Source of the DNA: a virus
Lineage: Duplodnaviria > Caudoviricetes
Length of the DNA stretch: 62,494 bases
Reading direction: 5' to 3' (one strand)
IMG/VR virus record: IMGVR_UViG_3300032318_001284
Span: 1-62,494 of that record
The translations under genes and the position numbers were made by a program. The notes under the pieces are model-generated. The model saw nothing but the letters and a program-made list of their open reading frames with translations. It made no database searches and was not told the DNA's origin. This document shows positions 54,807 to 62,494 of the stretch, one piece after another (the stretch's first letter is position 1; each line of letters starts with the position of its first letter).

Positions 54807-55396
54807 TGGATGCAAAACAGCGAAAACGGTGGCAGAACTTCTGGGTTCGCTATCGGATTAGCAAAGCAGCATTCGACAGGATTGCGTCCAGAAACAACGG
54901 TAGATGCGAGATATGCAGCAGCAATCGCCGCATCTGCGTGGATCACTGCCATGAAACGAAAGCCATCCGGGGCCTACTCTGCACGGGCTGCAACGCAGCC
55001 CTCGCGCGATTTGGGGACAACCTCGCGGGAGTCCTCCGCGTCACCAAGTACCTCAAGGCACACCTCTCAAGAGCTTCCCGCCAGCATCGTAAGGGCAGGA
55101 ACAGAGGTGCAGCAGATGTATTTGCGTATGTTGTCTGCCGGCCAGACCCCGATGTTCGCGGAAATGTGCGCCCTTCAGCAGCCGCCCGGAACAAGGGGGA
55201 CGGATCGGGCGTTCATGCAGGGAAGATCAAATCAAGAGTGGCTAGGCGATATGCCAAAGGATCACGCCGACCGCATCCTGCGAGAGGCGAGGCTGTCCGG
55301 CATCAACGTGAGCGGTCGCTATTACATGAGTGGACTCGCGGACAAAAGAGGCCACCGCGATCCGGCCGCATGGGTGGACTCCATCGCGGACGTTAA
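54806..55396 (+). CDS. Recombination endonuclease VII-like protein
   Basis: Y.IS...F.......GRCEIC...VDHCHET..IRGLLCTGCN..L..F.D. Confidence 0.85.
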   Translation: MDAKQRKRWQNFWVRYRISKAAFDRIASRNNGRCEICSSNRRICVDHCHETKAIRGLLCTGCNAALARFGDNLAGVLRVTKYLKAHLSRASRQHRKGRNRGAADVFAYVVCRPDPDVRGNVRPSAAARNKGDGSGVHAGKIKSRVARRYAKGSRRPHPARGEAVRHQRERSLLHEWTRGQKRPPRSGRMGGLHRGR

Positions 55397-55610
55397 GAAA
55401 GTCGCCGTTGAAAGAAACTTGTCGGTGTCGGGGATCGTTGACCACAAGGGCGTGCCCCAGCCGCCGCCCCCGCCGAAGCGGCTTTCTGCCTCCCTGACCA
55501 AGCGAATGATGGCGGTTGAGAGGGCGAAAAACCCCGGCATGAAGATGAAGGACCGTGACCTGAAGGAAATGGTCAAGGACAAGTACGGCTACAAAAGGCC
55601 AAAGCTATGA
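55116..55610 (+). CDS. Conserved phage hypothetical protein (start uncertain)
   Basis: GAGG RBS; ATGA coupling to 55607. Confidence 0.65.
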   Translation: MYLRMLSAGQTPMFAEMCALQQPPGTRGTDRAFMQGRSNQEWLGDMPKDHADRILREARLSGINVSGRYYMSGLADKRGHRDPAAWVDSIADVKKVAVERNLSVSGIVDHKGVPQPPPPPKRLSASLTKRMMAVERAKNPGMKMKDRDLKEMVKDKYGYKRPKL

Positions 55611-56980
55611 ACACCGCCCAAGACGTTGTCGATTACCTCCTGACGGCAACCGGCGGTGGGGCCCAAGACGGCGAGCATCGTGCAGTCCGGTCTGCGGTAA
55701 TCCACGCCTGCCGGGAGGTTCACCAGACACGCGACTGGCTCTGGTACACGCGCAGCGAGTCGTTCCGTACCGTGCAAACCTCGACCACGGCCTACATTGC
55801 GCCGGGCATCCAGTACATCACGGTCGCCAGCCAAGAGGGGCTGGTTGTCGGCCGCATCGTGGCGCCGTCCAACATCAGCCTGTATTCGACAACCAGCCGT
55901 GTAGCGGCACTGCTTGCCAACAACGTCGTGCAGGTAAACCAGTCAGCCGTATCTACCGTGCCGTGTATTACCAAGGCGGCAAACACCACGTCCGGCTCGG
56001 CTGTCATTCAGTGCGCCAACAACACTGACTTCGACAAGATCGAGGTCAACGCCATCGTCAGCGTTGGCTCCGGCGGAACTGACACCAGCTTGTTTGCCCA
56101 GCCTCTGCGGGTCATTGCGAAGAACTCCGGCGCATCGACCATCACGCTGTCTGGCAACGCCACGGCAACGACCACTGGCACGTACTTCAACTTCGGCCTG
56201 CCGTACACGCTGCTGGCGCAGACGTTCTATGACCTCCCTGCCAACGTCAAGGACATCGACGCCTTGATGACAGAAACGGTTGGCACGATGCACTTCTACG
56301 TGTCGCCGCAGGAGTGGCAGCAGCTTCAGGTCAATACTCGCGGTGCCGGCGAGCCGTACTACTACACGATCATGCGGAGCGACACGAGTTCTGACCGTTA
56401 CCAAATCCGCTTCGTTGGCGTGCCGACTGACGGCACGATTGTTTTTTACACGTACCGTTACTTGCCTGACGCCATCCGGCTGATGGGATACGAGCCGTCG
56501 TGCAGGCAGGGAACCGCCACTGTTTCGGCCAACTCCACGACAGTGACGCTTACCGGCACCACGCTGCCAGTAGACCTGTCGAACAGCGTCATTCGGTTTG
56601 GTACTGCCCTGACGGACGCGGACCCGCTTGGGGCCCTTAGTCCGTTTGTCTACGAGCGAAGAATTGTCTCCCGCACGGGCGACACGACGCTGACGGTGGA
56701 CTCGCCCCTGCCGGCCATGACCAACGTCAAGTACGCGATTTCCAGCATCATCGACGCCAGCCCCACCATGTACACCGCGATTCTGTCGGCTACGGAGATG
56801 TGGTACGCACGGCTGGCCGGCAAGGACGCCGGGTCGGCAACCGCTCTGTTTAACCGCGACATGCGGCTGGCGATGGAGAACGATGTGGTTAGCCCGCTCA
56901 ACGGCCGGATGTACATGCGGCACTATCCCACGCCCAGAACCATGGGATACCACTCGCCAATCATGCCGGACAGAGGGTAA
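55607..56980 (+). CDS. Head-tail adaptor / tail tubular protein A-like
   Basis: DW.WY, YDLP..VK.I and GEP.YY motifs with inserted beta domains. Confidence 0.7.
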   Translation: MNTAQDVVDYLLTATGGGAQDGEHRAVRSAVIHACREVHQTRDWLWYTRSESFRTVQTSTTAYIAPGIQYITVASQEGLVVGRIVAPSNISLYSTTSRVAALLANNVVQVNQSAVSTVPCITKAANTTSGSAVIQCANNTDFDKIEVNAIVSVGSGGTDTSLFAQPLRVIAKNSGASTITLSGNATATTTGTYFNFGLPYTLLAQTFYDLPANVKDIDALMTETVGTMHFYVSPQEWQQLQVNTRGAGEPYYYTIMRSDTSSDRYQIRFVGVPTDGTIVFYTYRYLPDAIRLMGYEPSCRQGTATVSANSTTVTLTGTTLPVDLSNSVIRFGTALTDADPLGALSPFVYERRIVSRTGDTTLTVDSPLPAMTNVKYAISSIIDASPTMYTAILSATEMWYARLAGKDAGSATALFNRDMRLAMENDVVSPLNGRMYMRHYPTPRTMGYHSPIMPDRG

Positions 56981-56982
56981 TC

Positions 56983-59900
56983 ATGGGAAAGGCTTTGGTG
57001 CAGAATTGGGTCGGCTTGGGCACGGCTATCAGCCCGTATGTCCTGCCACCGGGGGCGACAGTCCGCCAGAGCAACCTTCAGATCAAGCGCCCCGGCGAGC
57101 TTCGCCAAAGGCCCGGCATGGACTCTGTCTACATGTCGGCGGACTACAGCGAAATCTTGGGCATGTACCGGGTCAGCAATGGCTCTGTCGCGCTCAATGA
57201 TCTAATCGTTAGCGCACGCACGTCTGCAACTGCGAACACCCTCCGCTACCAGACGCCGACTGGGGTGGACGATAGCTGGTCTGTTACTCCCGCATACACA
57301 ATCACCACCTCGTCTCTGGTCAGCCCGTCGTTTGCCGAAGACCGGCACGGGCGGATTTATGTGTTTCACGGCAACGGCGTGGACCCGCTGGTGGTGTCCA
57401 GAAAAACCAAGCTGGCAACCACGGCCGGGCTCGTCGCGCCGACGATTGCCCCGACAGTGACGCCATCTGGGAACGGTTACTTCATCGAGCGTGTCGATGT
57501 TCTGGAGGGCGGCGGTTCCTACTGGGCGGCTCCAGACATTGTGGTGACGGGCGGCGGTAGCCGTACTCGCGGTGCCAAGCTCAAGGCCATCGTCCAAGGC
57601 GGCTCTGTGGTTGCCGTTGATGTTGTGGACGGCGGCTCTGGATACCAGACAGCACCGACCCTTACCGTAGACGAGTCTGGCGTTAAGGGCGTTGGCTTTC
57701 GCGGCTACGGAGTGATTGGCGTAGACCCCGGCATCCAAGGGCTTGAGCCGGTATTCATCAGCAGCGCGTCAATCACCAACACCAGCACCAGCGTCTCCAG
57801 CGTCGGCCAGATCGAGAGCGTGCGTGTCGGCGCCACCGTCTCCGGCAATGGCATTCAGTCTGGCACCACAGTGCTTTCCCGCGACCCTGTTGCCCGCAGC
57901 CTCACGCTTTCGCTCGCCGCCCAAGCGACCAACGCCTCGGCGCAGCTTACGTTCAACGAGGGCGTTCGCACCGGCAGCACCGGCAGCACGTCGCACGGCC
58001 TTAGCCTAGACGTGTCGGCAACTACGATAGCGTACTCATTCACGTCTACTGTGACGCTGACCAACGGTCAGGCCGTAATCAGCAACGTCGCCAGCCTCTC
58101 GCGTTTGCTGGTCGGCGCCATCGTGATTGGCGGCACTGGCGTAGTAGTAGGCACCACGGTGACCGCGATCAACGCCGACACCGGCCAAGTCACGCTATCT
58201 GCGAACGCCACGTCGAGCGGCACGCAGACCCTGACGTTCATGCAGGGTGCTATCGCTACCTATGACGGCGTGAACGGGAAGTACACAGCCCTTATCCCGC
58301 TGACTGCCGGAACCAACGCCAGCACAAGCGTCCAGTCTGTGGGCGCTGGAGCGTCGGCGCTAGTCTCCTTTACCGTGCTGCTCGACACGCTGTCGCGGAA
58401 CGTCAACATCGGCGGCTCGGCGGATTCAAGCTGGCCGCTGCAATATAGCTGGCTGGGGGCATCTGCCTCCACGCTAACCACAGCCAACGACTACTGGGTT
58501 AACACAGACGATTGCTCGCAAATCGCCACGAACACCACGATCACTTGGGCATACGCTCCTTATCAGTGGAAGAACAACAACTGGGATTTCTTTGCGTCAT
58601 TCGCACCAAGTCCTCGCGTTAATTTCCACAGCCGCTGCCCAATCGCTGTAAAGCAATATCAGACTTCTGGGACGGGCGGCACCACATACACGCCGTTCAC
58701 GGTTTACTCGGACCTGTACGCCTACGATTTCGGCTACATCTCGCTGCGGTACTTTACCGGCGGCAGGACGGAACTGGAGACGGCTTCAGACACCAGCGAC
58801 AAGTGGGTGTGGGTAACGCTGCCTGTTGGCGTGTCGGTCGCGGGCGTGCCATACGTGGACGTGACGCTGACTCCGGCCAAGAAAACCAGCACAACCAACT
58901 ACACCACGTACTCCAACTACACCCCTCCTGTTGTCCGCGTGTGGCTCACGTACTGCCCCGACAGTTGGGTCAGCGGAGTCAACGACAACCAGATCAACGT
59001 GGGGTGGCGGCGGACAGTGGGCTCTACACGTCCGGGCACCACCGGGAACTCCACGAACGCCGCGACTGTCACGACTGCCAAGGGGTGGTGGAGCGCTGGC
59101 GCTGCCGAAACCGGCGTGTCACGTCGCCCAATCGTCAACTTCCGGCAGGGACCGAACCTCGCTGACGGCGTGGGCCTCACGTCCCAAAGCGTGCAGGTGC
59201 TGAACACCGGCTCTGGCATGGAGCTTCAAACCTTCTTCGCCATACAGTTCGACCAAGTAAACGCCTCCCGGCTGTTTGAAGGCCCGAACTTTCGTGAAAC
59301 CACTGCCGCGTCTAACTACACAGACAACTCCATTCTTCGTCCTTCGCCCGGCAATCCGGCAAGCATCGCCTATACGATCAACGACTTGGAGTTTGCGCCG
59401 GCTTCTCCGGCGTTTTCGGACGAGTGGAACCAGACGTTTAACACAGCCCGATTCAACAAGACGTTCAGCCAGTACAGGCAGCGACTGTACTTCTGGGCAG
59501 ACAGCATCGACGCGGGGCAGCAAGGCCCGCCGGGCTTGGTGATGGGAACGCCATCGGTCACGGTGCCGGGCAGCAACTTCCTGACCGGAGACAGGGCGTC
59601 GTTTACCCTGCAACAGCGAAGCGACCTGACCTCGTCGGCAACTTTTAGCCCGAGCTACACATACACGTTCACCGCCCGGCAGATCACGCCTGCCGCCAGC
59701 ACAAACTCCATCACGTCAGTAGTGGTGTCCAGTTCTGGGACCAACTACTACGGCACTCCCACGCTCACGTTTACTGGCGTTGGCTATGGGCTGGAGATGG
59801 ACGCTGTCATATCCGGCGGTGCAATAACGCAAGTCAACGTGCTGAACGGTGGCTCTGGGTTCACCACATCGCCGGTGGTGACGGCAGTGGCCGAGAAAGC

Positions 59901-61977
59901 CAAGATCATCCCCGTCATGCGGCCGGCTATGCGTGGAGCGTACCGCTGCGCGTATCGCTACGCCGACTGGACCGAGACGGAGGTGGCCCAAACCACCATC
60001 ACGACCGTGCAGGGCTCCACGTCTGCGACAGTTGCGAGCGCAGCGGAAATCGAGCCCGGCATCGTCATTCAGTCGAACAACACGCCATTCATGGCAAGGG
60101 TGGTGTCGAGGTCTGGAACCACCATCGTGCTGTCTGCTGCGGCCACAGCTACCGGCTCGACGCCGGCCATCGCCCGCGACATGACCAAGCCCATTTATTA
60201 CTCCAACTTCTCCCCGATAACGGACATCAACACTCTTGATTTTGCCGCCAATCCACGCCCCACAACGCTGACGTGGAGCTTGGCTGGCGTGACTCCACCA
60301 AGCAGGGCAAATGTCGTGGAGTTCTTTCGGACAAGCGGCGACCAATCGCTGGTCTTCTATCGTCTGGAGCAATACGGGCAAGTCAGCGGAAACTCTGTCA
60401 GCATCGTTGGGTCAGACACGATGACGGACGAGGATTTATTCAATCCGAGCCGCCCTTTCTACGCCGCCCTGCCAGTAGTGTTGCCAAACGGTGGGCTCAA
60501 TGCTTATCGATTTGGCGTGCCACGCGCTGACATGTCTGCCTGCGCGGCCTACGGCGACCGGCTTTGGTATGCCGTCAGCACCAGCGGCGAGTACGCAAAC
60601 AGCATCTTCTTTTCCGAGTATGACGAGTTTGAATCGTGCCCCGCCGAGAACGAGGTGTCGATCCAGAACAACCAGAAAAGCACGGATTCGCTGACCGGGC
60701 TCATCCCGTTTGCCAGCTACCTGCTGTGCATGCAAAACGCGCACTGCTACGGGTTGTCCTACAACACCGACCCCGTCCTCGACTCCAGCATTCAGTTGTT
60801 GGCTCACCGAGGAATGCTGTCGCAGACGTGTCACGATTTGTTCGATGACGTTGTGTTCGCCATGGACGAGCGTGGCGTTTACAAGATGGACCGCTCCGGC
60901 AGTGTCGAAAGCCTGTCGGACAACATCCGCAATTACTTCGACAACAACCTCCTCGACCTGACGTACCGCAAGCGGTTCTTCCTGAAAGTCGATCAGAGGA
61001 CGAGCATCCTCCGGGCGTTTGTTGTCACCAAGGATTCGGGAGCCTCGTCACCGAATGTCGCCCTCTGCTACCACATCAACTTGAAGGCGTGGTGGACCGA
61101 GTCGTGGCCGACTGGGCTGACGTGCGGGACCGACTACCGCAAGGCCGCAGGCGAGCAAGACCAGCCGGTGTACGGGTCTGTGGACGGCGACATCTACCGC
61201 GAGGGCGGGCTGCGGGATTATCCCTACCGATCCATCCGCAGCGTCACCGTCACGAGCGGCGGCAGCAACTACCAGTCGGCCCCGGCCGTCACCGCTTCTA
61301 GCGGCCAGCCGGGCTGCGGTGCCAAGTTCACGGCTATTCTGAAAGACGGTGCCGTAAGCGAGATTTTGATTGACGAGGCTGGATTCGGGTACGGGACACT
61401 GGCTGGCAGCACTTTGACCGACACTGTCAACCTCACTATCCAGCCCCCGACAAGCGGCACTACCGCTACCGCCACGGCGACGTGCAGTCCGCTGGCGCTG
61501 GGAACAGGCGCGTTTCCGCAGACTTCGGTGCCGTATGCCGTCCGAACCGGGGCCATGGAGTTGGTCAACGACGGGAACTCCAATTCCCGTGACGCTCTGA
61601 TCGACCGCAGCGTGTCGGTGGTTTACCGGCCCACGGCCACAAACAGCACCCTGAATCTGCGGGAGTTTTTCAACAACTCCGCACAGCCTCGCGTCAATGC
61701 CATGCCGAGAGATCGGGGCACTGGGTTTGTCCACAGCACGACAGGGGCCCAAACCAGCCTCAACATGTCTGCTTCTCGCTCGCCGCTGGGGCAGGCCACC
61801 GGTGTGGCAAAGGCTCAGTTTGCCGGCCGGAATTACTCCGACATGGGTGGTGCAGACAGGCACGTAGCTGTTGAGCTATCCGGCAATGCCGTAGACGCCA
61901 ACGCCACCGATCCGACTCCATCGGAGGTACTGCTGTACGCGATGGAGATCAACGGAGTCATCGAAAATGGCGGTTGA
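56983..61977 (+). CDS. Tail hub/nozzle (tail tubular B / P22 gp10-like) protein with a large insertion
   Basis: N-terminal RPG motif; C-terminal propeller-like motifs (GDRLW, IFFSE...ESCP, VFAMDERGVY, LS..I); V..GG.GY..P repeats. Confidence 0.7.
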   Translation: MGKALVQNWVGLGTAISPYVLPPGATVRQSNLQIKRPGELRQRPGMDSVYMSADYSEILGMYRVSNGSVALNDLIVSARTSATANTLRYQTPTGVDDSWSVTPAYTITTSSLVSPSFAEDRHGRIYVFHGNGVDPLVVSRKTKLATTAGLVAPTIAPTVTPSGNGYFIERVDVLEGGGSYWAAPDIVVTGGGSRTRGAKLKAIVQGGSVVAVDVVDGGSGYQTAPTLTVDESGVKGVGFRGYGVIGVDPGIQGLEPVFISSASITNTSTSVSSVGQIESVRVGATVSGNGIQSGTTVLSRDPVARSLTLSLAAQATNASAQLTFNEGVRTGSTGSTSHGLSLDVSATTIAYSFTSTVTLTNGQAVISNVASLSRLLVGAIVIGGTGVVVGTTVTAINADTGQVTLSANATSSGTQTLTFMQGAIATYDGVNGKYTALIPLTAGTNASTSVQSVGAGASALVSFTVLLDTLSRNVNIGGSADSSWPLQYSWLGASASTLTTANDYWVNTDDCSQIATNTTITWAYAPYQWKNNNWDFFASFAPSPRVNFHSRCPIAVKQYQTSGTGGTTYTPFTVYSDLYAYDFGYISLRYFTGGRTELETASDTSDKWVWVTLPVGVSVAGVPYVDVTLTPAKKTSTTNYTTYSNYTPPVVRVWLTYCPDSWVSGVNDNQINVGWRRTVGSTRPGTTGNSTNAATVTTAKGWWSAGAAETGVSRRPIVNFRQGPNLADGVGLTSQSVQVLNTGSGMELQTFFAIQFDQVNASRLFEGPNFRETTAASNYTDNSILRPSPGNPASIAYTINDLEFAPASPAFSDEWNQTFNTARFNKTFSQYRQRLYFWADSIDAGQQGPPGLVMGTPSVTVPGSNFLTGDRASFTLQQRSDLTSSATFSPSYTYTFTARQITPAASTNSITSVVVSSSGTNYYGTPTLTFTGVGYGLEMDAVISGGAITQVNVLNGGSGFTTSPVVTAVAEKAKIIPVMRPAMRGAYRCAYRYADWTETEVAQTTITTVQGSTSATVASAAEIEPGIVIQSNNTPFMARVVSRSGTTIVLSAAATATGSTPAIARDMTKPIYYSNFSPITDINTLDFAANPRPTTLTWSLAGVTPPSRANVVEFFRTSGDQSLVFYRLEQYGQVSGNSVSIVGSDTMTDEDLFNPSRPFYAALPVVLPNGGLNAYRFGVPRADMSACAAYGDRLWYAVSTSGEYANSIFFSEYDEFESCPAENEVSIQNNQKSTDSLTGLIPFASYLLCMQNAHCYGLSYNTDPVLDSSIQLLAHRGMLSQTCHDLFDDVVFAMDERGVYKMDRSGSVESLSDNIRNYFDNNLLDLTYRKRFFLKVDQRTSILRAFVVTKDSGASSPNVALCYHINLKAWWTESWPTGLTCGTDYRKAAGEQDQPVYGSVDGDIYREGGLRDYPYRSIRSVTVTSGGSNYQSAPAVTASSGQPGCGAKFTAILKDGAVSEILIDEAGFGYGTLAGSTLTDTVNLTIQPPTSGTTATATATCSPLALGTGAFPQTSVPYAVRTGAMELVNDGNSNSRDALIDRSVSVVYRPTATNSTLNLREFFNNSAQPRVNAMPRDRGTGFVHSTTGAQTSLNMSASRSPLGQATGVAKAQFAGRNYSDMGGADRHVAVELSGNAVDANATDPTPSEVLLYAMEINGVIENGG

Positions 61978-62494
61978 CAACAACGCTCTTGTACAAGCGT
62001 TGACTGACGGCGGCATTACGCCAGCCGCCGCCAGAATTATTGCCAACGCTCTGGCGAACGCGAACACTCCCCAGTATGCGCGCACTAGGGACATCGCAGA
62101 CGCAACACCCCGCGACCAACTCCGGCTCATAGACGCCGACACCCGGCGATACCTGCTGACGAATCTGGACTACTCCAGCGAGACTCCCTATCAGTCCAGC
62201 CTGCAATCAAATCCGGGCCAGTATGCGGGCGGGCCGGCGGACCATCCCTACAAAGACGCCCAGCCCGTGGCTCCCGTGCCGCCGCTTTCCCAGAACGCCG
62301 TGGCGGCTGGCGACTACATCAGCGTGGACAACGGGGTGCAAGACAGCGCTCAGGTTGCCACCGTCAGCCTGAAGCTCGGAGCGAAGACCGGCCCGCACAT
62401 GCGGATCAACTCGGCCACAAAGGCGGTCGAGGCCGTGCCGATTGTTTTTAATTCTCCGCAAGGGCTGGTAACAGGCTCCATTTCCATAGACCCC
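61967..62494 (+). CDS. N-terminal part of the tail-collar protein that continues at 20-631
   Basis: ATG 61967 (MAVDNNALVQ...) is open to the window end and joins in frame after the 19-nt overlap is removed. Confidence 0.88.
   Translation, partial: MAVDNNALVQALTDGGITPAAARIIANALANANTPQYARTRDIADATPRDQLRLIDADTRRYLLTNLDYSSETPYQSSLQSNPGQYAGGPADHPYKDAQPVAPVPPLSQNAVAAGDYISVDNGVQDSAQVATVSLKLGAKTGPHMRINSATKAVEAVPIVFNSPQGLVTGSISIDP
62476..62494 (+). repeat. Terminal direct repeat/assembly overlap (copy 2)
   Basis: Identical to 1-19. Confidence 0.97.

Larger units (their letters stand above)
1..62494. mobile_element. Complete circularly permuted tailed phage genome (podovirus-like)
   Basis: TerL, portal, major capsid and tail genes present; no host housekeeping genes; terminal 19-nt overlap with an ORF in frame across it. 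Confidence 0.95.

Noticed and set aside
1-62494. tRNA/tmRNA genes and stop-codon recoding
   Set aside because: No cloverleaf with a T-loop GTTCGA in the intergenic gaps; core genes are intact in the standard code and use TAA, TAG and TGA as stops

Overview
The window is a complete, circularly permuted, GC-rich dsDNA tailed-phage genome. Bases 1-19 repeat 62476-62494, and one tail-collar ORF reads in frame across that junction, so the unit genome is about 62,475 bp. The architecture is podovirus-like, with no tape-measure or sheath gene recognised. Head and packaging genes (scaffold, major capsid, TerS/TerL, portal) lie at 47.3-54.8 kb and tail adaptor/hub genes at 55.6-62 kb. Low-complexity putative ejection proteins lie at 0.6-7.3, 15.9-20.9 and 44.6-47.1 kb. 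A tail-fibre cluster with FN3/LamG domains and a sulfotransferase-like gene spans 7.3-15.9 kb. The recombination/replication module (RecE-like nuclease, ERF, SF2 helicase, resolvase, SSB) has no recognisable polymerase or primase. A membrane-protein cassette is built around a papain-like C1 protease, and no recognisable endolysin is present. There is also a phage sigma factor, a serine recombinase and a leftward early region with a MoxR-like AAA + HEXXH/vWA module. The most unusual signals are five gene-oriented copies of a GC-rich motif associated with hairpins/terminators in the early region, a ~450-nt structured non-coding element after the helicase, the protease-centred lysis-like cassette, a kinase-fold putative virion protein sharing a P-[LIV]-x-GL motif with putative ejection proteins, and a candidate CCATAAA late promoter. 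A Planctomycetota host is an inference only. All family assignments come from motifs recognised by eye; no searches were run.
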